From assembly GCA_000990305.1 (NCBI GenBank), contig LBPR01000002.1, forward strand, positions 8,688-72,687: a DNA stretch of 64,000 bases. Reading direction: 5' to 3'. This document shows positions 58,287-64,000 of the stretch, one piece after another. The notes beneath the pieces are model-generated. The model did no database searches, had not been told where the DNA came from, and saw only the letters and a program-made list of their open reading frames with translations. How positions within the stretch are numbered: the first letter of the stretch is position 1; every line of letters starts with the position of its first letter. The translations under genes and the position numbers were made by a program. The stretch comes from Candidatus Roizmanbacteria bacterium GW2011_GWC2_34_23 (GTDB lineage: Bacteria; Patescibacteriota; Microgenomatia; UBA1406; GWC2-37-13).

Positions 58287-59144
58287 TCAAATCTCTTCTT
58301 CCAACTCCCTCAACAACTCTTTTGCCCTTGAAGAAACTCGGGACGGGGTATTGATTTTGTAGACGACGTACTGATCGCCTTTGCGGTTTGATTGCGGATA
58401 AGGAACTCCTTGATCGTGAAGTTTGACAGTTGTCCCCGACTGCGTCCCCGATCTTATTTTTAACTTAATCGTCCCATTAACAGTTGGAACTTCGACCACT
58501 CCGCCAAGAACTGCTAAAGAATAAGAAATTTCTTTTTCAAAATATATATCCTGACCTTTTCTGGTGAAATAAGGATGCGATTTAACTTTCACCTGCAAAT
58601 CAAAATCGGAAAATCTGATTGTCATATTGTCATCAACTCCTGCTGGGATCTGAAAAGATTTTTCTTCACCTTTGACAATCATAGTTTTCTTAACACCGTT
58701 AACGGCTTCTTCAAAAGTCAAAGTGATTTCATAAACATCACGTCTTTGCTGGCGTCTTCCCCCCCGGGAAAACGGTGATTGAAAGCCGAAAAATTGTTCA
58801 AAAATTTCAAAAGGATCGGAAAATCCCCCAAAATCAACATTCTCAAATCCCTGAGTTGAAAAGCCTCCAAAGCCTCCAAATGGATTTGACTGATCTGATT
58901 GTCCAGCACTCGAGTGACCTGGACCTCCTCGATTGAAAGCGCTTTCTCCATACTGGTCATACATTTCTCGCTTTTTTGAATCAGAAAGAACTTCGTAGGC
59001 TTTTGTAACATCTTTAAATTTACCAGAAGCTTCTGTTGTTTTATTTCTGTCCGGATGCCACTTAAGAGCCTGACGACGATAGGCCGTTTTTATTTCCGCA
59101 TCAGATGCACCCTTTGAAACACCGAGAGTTTCGTAATAATCCAT
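58287..59144 (-). CDS. dnaJ: DnaJ chaperone (class B, no zinc finger)
   Basis: J domain with HPD, G/F-rich region, C-terminal domain. Confidence 0.93.
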   Translation of the reverse strand: MDYYETLGVSKGASDAEIKTAYRRQALKWHPDRNKTTEASGKFKDVTKAYEVLSDSKKREMYDQYGESAFNRGGPGHSSAGQSDQSNPFGGFGGFSTQGFENVDFGGFSDPFEIFEQFFGFQSPFSRGGRRQQRRDVYEITLTFEEAVNGVKKTMIVKGEEKSFQIPAGVDDNMTIRFSDFDLQVKVKSHPYFTRKGQDIYFEKEISYSLAVLGGVVEVPTVNGTIKLKIRSGTQSGTTVKLHDQGVPYPQSNRKGDQYVVYKINTPSRVSSRAKELLRELEEEI

Positions 59145-59145
59145 A

Positions 59146-61056
59146 TCAGTTCACCACTTCTCCTTCTTCCACCTTTCCTTTGTCCGCCGTAGCTTTAGCG
59201 GAGGCGGATTCCTTAGCGTCTTCACTTTTTGAATCTGCTTTCGCTTCACCAGGTTTTGCCTCTTGTTTGGCGTAAGCCGCTTGTCCAATTTTTGAAAGTT
59301 CGTCAGAAAGATCTTTTGTTTTTGCTTCTATTTCATCTTTTGTTCCTTTTTCGATCTTTTCTTTAAGTTCTTTGATCTTTTTCTCAACATTTTCTTTGAT
59401 GGTTTTATCGACCTTATCTCCACCATCACGTAAAGATTTTTCTGATACATAGATCATGTTATCAGCTTTATTTCTTACCTCGATCTTTTCTTTTTCCTCT
59501 TTATCCTTGTCAGCGTTCTTCTCCGCTTCTTCTCTCATCTTTTCAATCTCATCTTTAGTTAGTCCGGTTGATCCGGTGATTTTGATAGCTTGGGATTTTC
59601 CGGTTGCCTTATCTTTGGCCGTAACCGTCAAAATTCCATTGGCATCCAACTCAAAAGTGACTTCAATCTGAGGAACACCTCGAGGAGCCGGTGGAATGCC
59701 ATCAAGGGTAAATCTTCCCAAAGATTTATTATCACGAGCTAACGGTCTTTCACCCTGCATAATGTGGATCTCTACTTGTGTCTGATTATCTCCGGCAGTT
59801 GAAAATACTTCCGCTTTAGAATTTGGGACCGTTGTATTCTTCTGGATTAATGGTGTCATCACACCGCCCAATGTTTCAAGTCCAAGCGTCAGTGGAGTGA
59901 CATCAAGCAACACAACGTCCTTGGTTTCTCCAGTTAAAACACCTCCCTGAATTGCCGCTCCAAGAGCAACCACTTCATCAGGATTAACGGAACGGTTTGG
60001 TTCCTTGCCAAAAAACTCTTTTACCTTTTCAATTACTTTTGGCATTCTCGTCATACCTCCAACTAAAACTACTTCATTAATCTTGGAAACGTCAACTTTT
60101 GCATCTTTCAAACAGGCTTTAACTGGTCCAAAAGTTTTTTCAATTAACTCACCGATTAATGACTCGAGTTTATCTCTTCCAATCTTCATCACTAAATGTG
60201 ATGGCTGACCATCTTTAACAGTGACAAACGGCAAGTTAACCTCCGCTTCTTTCGAAGTAGATAGTTCAATCTTGGCTTTCTCAGCTGCATCACGTAAACG
60301 CTGAAGAGCTTGCGGATCTTTTCTTAGATCAACACCGTTATCTTTCTTAAATTCATCAGCAATGTAGTCCAAGATGACTTTATCAAAATCGTCTCCACCC
60401 AAATGAGTATCACCGTTGGTTGCTTTGACATGAAAAACGCCTTCGCCCAACTCAAGGACGGTTATATCAAAAGTTCCTCCACCCAGATCATAAACAGCAA
60501 TTGTGTGGCTGTGCTTTTTATCCAAGCCGTAAGCCAAAGCAGCCGCAGTTGGTTCATTAATAATTCTGACGACTTCCAGTCCAGCAATTTCACCGGCCTG
60601 TTTGGTTGCCTGGCGTTGAGCGTCGTCAAAATAAGCAGGGACAGTAATAACGGCTTTTTCAACTTTTTCGCCTAAATGAGCTTCTGCATCAACCTTAATT
60701 TTTTGCAAAATCATTGCCGAAATCTCTTGAGGAGTATATGTTTTTCCTTCTATTTCAACGTCGGCCATTTCATCTCGACCTTGAACAATTTTATACGGCA
60801 GCCATTTGACATCAATCTTGACTGACTCGTCACTAAATCTTCTACCCATCAATCTCTTAATTGAGAAAACTGTATTTTTTGGATTAACGACCATCTGACG
60901 TTTTGCCACGTCCCCAACAATCCTTTTTACCGGATCAACCACCGATGGAATCGTGTTTCTTCCTTCTTGAGAAAAGATAACTTTTGGTTTTCCTCCCTCC
61001 ATTACCGCCACACACGAATTTGTCGTACCTAAATCAATCCCTATTATTTTAGCCAT
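59146..61056 (-). CDS. dnaK: Chaperone DnaK
   Basis: [28 protein letters not shown]. Confidence 0.99.
   Translation of the reverse strand: MAKIIGIDLGTTNSCVAVMEGGKPKVIFSQEGRNTIPSVVDPVKRIVGDVAKRQMVVNPKNTVFSIKRLMGRRFSDESVKIDVKWLPYKIVQGRDEMADVEIEGKTYTPQEISAMILQKIKVDAEAHLGEKVEKAVITVPAYFDDAQRQATKQAGEIAGLEVVRIINEPTAAALAYGLDKKHSHTIAVYDLGGGTFDITVLELGEGVFHVKATNGDTHLGGDDFDKVILDYIADEFKKDNGVDLRKDPQALQRLRDAAEKAKIELSTSKEAEVNLPFVTVKDGQPSHLVMKIGRDKLESLIGELIEKTFGPVKACLKDAKVDVSKINEVVLVGGMTRMPKVIEKVKEFFGKEPNRSVNPDEVVALGAAIQGGVLTGETKDVVLLDVTPLTLGLETLGGVMTPLIQKNTTVPNSKAEVFSTAGDNQTQVEIHIMQGERPLARDNKSLGRFTLDGIPPAPRGVPQIEVTFELDANGILTVTAKDKATGKSQAIKITGSTGLTKDEIEKMREEAEKNADKDKEEKEKIEVRNKADNMIYVSEKSLRDGGDKVDKTIKENVEKKIKELKEKIEKGTKDEIEAKTKDLSDELSKIGQAAYAKQEAKPGEAKADSKSEDAKESASAKATADKGKVEEGEVVN
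59183..59208. repeat. TCCGCCGTAGCTTTAGCGGAGGCGGA hairpin, in frame in the dnaK tail
   Basis: Encodes SASAKATAD; related split copy at about 62524-62573. Confidence 0.7.
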
Positions 61057-61080
61057 ATTGATTAAAAATAAATTTTTAAT

Positions 61081-61178
61081 AAATTACAAATCCTAAATCT
61101 CAAGTTCCAAATAAGTTTAAAATTTTAAATTTAAAACGTTTATTATTTATTTGTGATTTGTTATTTAGAATTTATAAT
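61081..61178. repeat. Degenerate heptamer array with inverted halves
   Basis: AAATTAC AAATCCT AAATCTC AAGTTCC.. then complements. Confidence 0.65.
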
Positions 61179-61651
61179 TTTTTTTGATACTTTGACTTGC
61201 GCAACTCTAATTATTTTATCTTCAAATTTATAACCTTTTCTTAAAATTTCTACAACTTTATTTTCTTCTTTTCCTGGAATAATATCAATTGCTCCATTTC
61301 AACCAACCCTGCTTCCTTCAAAATTTGGATAAAATGATCCTTTGAGATCTTCAATCCTTCGTCTTTCACAAACAATTCTGCCTTTTCTAAATTATCTATA
61401 AACGGCAATATTTTTATCAATAGATTTTTATTGGCCATCTTCATCAGCTCAAATCTTTCTTCACCGACTCTTTTTTCTAAATTCTGGTAATCAGCTATTG
61501 CTCTTAAATATTTATTTTTAAATTCATCTACCTGTTGTTTTAATGCAACAATTTCCAATTGTATTTTTTCAAGCTCGAGTTTCTTTGTTAAATCATCTGG
61601 GCTTTGTTTTTCTTCTTTTTTTTGATTTGTTTTTGTTTGCTTTTTGTCCAT
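61161..61651 (-). pseudogene. grpE: GrpE, frameshifted by an apparent internal deletion (or assembly error)
   Basis: KYLRAIADYQN..ILPFIDNLE in one frame; AIDIIPG..LRKGY..IRVAQVKV in another frame from about 61292. Confidence 0.85.
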
Positions 61652-61683
61652 AATTATTAAATTATAACTCTCAATTAATTATT

Positions 61684-61758
61684 AATTTATTTAGCGAGTT
61701 TAACGAGTTAACGAGTTTAATTAATGAAACTCGCCAAACTCTCTAAACTCGTAAAATA
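61684..61758. repeat. (GAGTT)n/(AACTC)n inverted array
   Basis: Reverse-oriented copy between hrcA and grpE. Confidence 0.8.
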
Positions 61759-61776
61759 AAAAATAATAAATAAATT

Positions 61777-62517
61777 TTAAAGTTCCTGTTCTTTTACAAT
61801 TTCTCCCAATAATCCGGAAAAATATCTTACCTGAGGAATAACAGCCTCATAAGACATTCTTTTTGGACCAATTACGCCAATAATTCCTTTAATTTTTGTC
61901 CCTTCAAATTCACCAAATACACTTGCGCAACAGTCAAAAGCCGGATCATGAAAATCCTCTTCTCCAAGCATATAATAAATTTCATCTTCAAGTGAAAACA
62001 TGTCATTTAATATTTTTTCCCAAAAGGTTACTTCGTCAAGCCTGCCAAATAAAGATCGCGATAGATTAATGTCCAAAAATTCCGGCTCATTCAGTAAATT
62101 CGCCATACCTGAATAATACACATCTCCTAAGTTGGTTGTTACAAGTGATAATAAACTTGTTTTCTGTGATAAAACTTTGGTCGCTTGAGACAAAAGTCGA
62201 TGAGCTTCTTTTCTTTCGTCCCAAACACTATTTTTGTATGAGACTTCGTCAATGGTTGACATCTCTTTTTGCTTCATCAGATGCTTTATGTAAAAACGGA
62301 AGCCTTTTGCCGATGGAACCCGGCCAGAAGAAAAATGATTCTTTTTCAAGTAACCTTTTTTGGCCAGCTCAACCATCTCATTTCTGATTGTTGCCGGCGA
62401 AACTCCCAATTTGTATTTCTTTTCCAAAATCTCACTTCCCACGGCCGCACCGGTTTCCGTATATTCGTGAATAATTACTTTTAAAATGTCGATCTGTCTT
62501 TGTGTTAAGTCTTCCAC
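61777..62517 (-). CDS. hrcA: Heat-inducible repressor HrcA (short form)
   Basis: SPATIRNEM, SSGRVPS.KGFRFY, IGVIGPKRM.Y. Confidence 0.93.
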   Translation of the reverse strand: MEDLTQRQIDILKVIIHEYTETGAAVGSEILEKKYKLGVSPATIRNEMVELAKKGYLKKNHFSSGRVPSAKGFRFYIKHLMKQKEMSTIDEVSYKNSVWDERKEAHRLLSQATKVLSQKTSLLSLVTTNLGDVYYSGMANLLNEPEFLDINLSRSLFGRLDEVTFWEKILNDMFSLEDEIYYMLGEEDFHDPAFDCCASVFGEFEGTKIKGIIGVIGPKRMSYEAVIPQVRYFSGLLGEIVKEQEL

Positions 62518-62576
62518 ATCGTCTCGCTGTAGCTCAATTTAACTTATTTAACATTTTATTGAGCGGAGGCGGATAT

Positions 62577-62611
62577 TTAGCAAATATACATAACGTCTGC
62601 TAAAATGTCAA
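62577..62611 (-). promoter_or_regulatory. CIRCE-like operator overlapping the sigma70 promoter of the hrcA operon
   Basis: TTAGCA-N15-TGCTAA (27 bp, 62577-62603); TTGACA-17 nt-TATATT on minus strand. Confidence 0.75.
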
Positions 62612-62655
62612 TAGGTATTTATAACCGTTATAAATGTTATAATTTTTATAAACTT

Positions 62656-63531
62656 ATGATGAAACTTGGCGCACATCAATCAATTTCCGGTGGATATTCA
62701 GAAGCTTTAAAACGAATAAGTAATATTGGCGGAAATTGCCTACAAATTTTTTCTTCCTCCCCCCGTGGTTGGAACTTTGCAAACCCAAATGATGATGAAA
62801 TAAAAAAATTCTCAATTCTGAATTCTGAATTCTCAATTTCTCCTATATATTTTCATGCAACGTACTTAATTAATTTAGCTGACGACGGTCGCATCGGACA
62901 CATGTCAAAAATGTCGTTAATTAACGAATTAAATCTTGCGCCAAAACTTGGCATTAAAGGCTCAATAATTCACCTTGGATCTTTCAAAGAAAAAAAACAA
63001 TTGCCAATAGAAAATTATCTTATCGACGATCGTCCACAAGATAATAAATACAAGGTTTTAATAAATAATATTAAAGAAATACTTGACAAAACTCCGAAAG
63101 ATTCTCTGTTTATTATAGAAAATGCCGGGAACAGAAAGATTGGACAAACTCTTGAAGAAATATCACAAATCGTCAAAGATGTTAACAACAAACGAATTCG
63201 TCTTTGCTTAGATACCTGTCATTTGTTTTCCAATGGATATAAATTTGATACAAACAAAGAGCTCGATTTTTTTCTCGCTAAACTCGTTAAACTCGAAATA
63301 AATAATTTAGTTGAATTATGGCATGTTAACGATAGCCGCGACGAATTTGACTCAGGCCACGACCGCCATGATAATATTGGACAAGGAAAAATGAACATTG
63401 ATGAGTTTAAAACTTTATTAAATCACCCACAAACAAAAAACTTTCCTTTTATAATCGAAACTCCAGGATTTGATGGCAACGGTCCTGATAAAAAAAATCT
63501 CGATATTTTAAAATCCTTAGTTGGTATATAA
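62656..63531 (+). CDS. nfo: Endonuclease IV
   Basis: LGAHQSI, HATYLINL, IENAG, CLDTCH, HVNDS..DRHDNIG, ETP; start reassigned. Confidence 0.93.
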   Translation: MMKLGAHQSISGGYSEALKRISNIGGNCLQIFSSSPRGWNFANPNDDEIKKFSILNSEFSISPIYFHATYLINLADDGRIGHMSKMSLINELNLAPKLGIKGSIIHLGSFKEKKQLPIENYLIDDRPQDNKYKVLINNIKEILDKTPKDSLFIIENAGNRKIGQTLEEISQIVKDVNNKRIRLCLDTCHLFSNGYKFDTNKELDFFLAKLVKLEINNLVELWHVNDSRDEFDSGHDRHDNIGQGKMNIDEFKTLLNHPQTKNFPFIIETPGFDGNGPDKKNLDILKSLVGI

Positions 63532-63538
63532 TTTCTAC

Positions 63539-64000
63539 ATGATCAAACTGCCAAAAGAAGTTGTTGAACTGATGAAAAAATTTAAAGAAAGTAAGTTCCA
63601 AATTTATGTTGTTGGCGGGGCCGTTCGTGATACTCTTTTAAACAAGCCTGTTGATAATTGGGACTTTACAACAAATGCCACTCCGGAACAAATTCTTAAA
63701 ATGTTCCCTGACGCTTTTTATAACAATGTCTACGGAACTGTAACCGTGCCAATCAAAAATGAACAATCAAACAACCTGCCTGCCGGCAGGCAAGGTGAAA
63801 CAATGAAACAATTGCTTTTTGAAATCACTCCATTCCGCAAAGAATCTGGTTATTCTGATTTACGTCATCCGGAAAAAATAGAATGGGCAAAAACCATAGA
63901 AGAAGATTTATCACGTCGTGACTTTACAATTAACTCTATGGCTTTTGATGGATCAATAATTATTGATCCCTACAAAGGAATGGATGATTTAAAAAATAAA
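63539..64000 (+). CDS. CCA-adding/poly(A) polymerase class II nucleotidyltransferase (runs off window)
   Basis: Manual translation VGGAVRD..NWDFTT..EITPFR..EDLSRRDFTINSMA. Confidence 0.9.
   Translation, partial: MIKLPKEVVELMKKFKESKFQIYVVGGAVRDTLLNKPVDNWDFTTNATPEQILKMFPDAFYNNVYGTVTVPIKNEQSNNLPAGRQGETMKQLLFEITPFRKESGYSDLRHPEKIEWAKTIEEDLSRRDFTINSMAFDGSIIIDPYKGMDDLKNK
63775..63794. repeat. CCTGCCTGCCGGCAGGCAAG palindrome, in frame in the CCA enzyme
   Basis: Encodes LPAGRQ inside an AACAAT octamer array. Confidence 0.9.

Noticed and set aside
58287-59144. dnaJ as a deletion mutant
   Set aside because: Zinc-finger-less class B DnaJ proteins are established and the frame is intact.
61250-61300. 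Programmed frameshift in grpE
   Set aside because: No slippery site at the junction, and conserved residues are absent from both frames.
1301-62836. Many short antisense or overlapping ORFs in the track (e.g. 1301, 8720, 13619, 25877, 46098, 59456, 62654)
   Set aside because: They are shadows of well-supported genes on the other strand or frame, with no recognisable motifs.
1-64000. Alternative genetic code 25, prophage or IS transposase
   Set aside because: TGA ends several core genes and ORFs are intact under code 11; no phage structural, integrase or transposase motifs were recognised.

Overview
AT-rich bacterial chromosome segment using genetic code 11 (TGA is a stop). It is most consistent with a Patescibacteria/CPR Microgenomates-type genome; this is inferred from the missing rpmD (L30), the short L2 and DnaJ, DUF4012- and TrpR/YerC-like genes, and many starts without a Shine-Dalgarno site. 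Contents: a glycan biosynthesis cluster, the tuf-S10-spc-alpha-rplM/rpsI ribosomal superoperon (rpsS and rpmG in non-canonical positions), a UvrD-nuclease fusion, eno, glyA, miaB, rfbBD/ugd/uxs-like genes, argS, radA, efp-epmA, hrcA-grpE-dnaK-dnaJ with a CIRCE-like box, nfo, the start of a CCA-adding enzyme, tRNA-Gln(CUG), three toxin-antitoxin pairs, an HNH nuclease and a LAGLIDADG nuclease. Two unusual layers stand out. (1) Integrase-free cargo sits convergently at the 3' ends of glyA, miaB and dnaJ, each time bracketed by a second copy of the host gene's terminus; a mirror case has a tRNA 5' fragment upstream of the LAGLIDADG gene. (2) Several families of short palindromes (GTAG-type REP-like, CCTGCCTGCCGGCAGGCAGG, TCCGCC-type) and 7-9-nt tandem arrays occur between genes and also in frame inside core proteins (L3, L24, L22, DnaK, ArgS, Nfo, UvrD, RfbD, CCA enzyme). 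All calls come from manual motif recognition; no searches were run.
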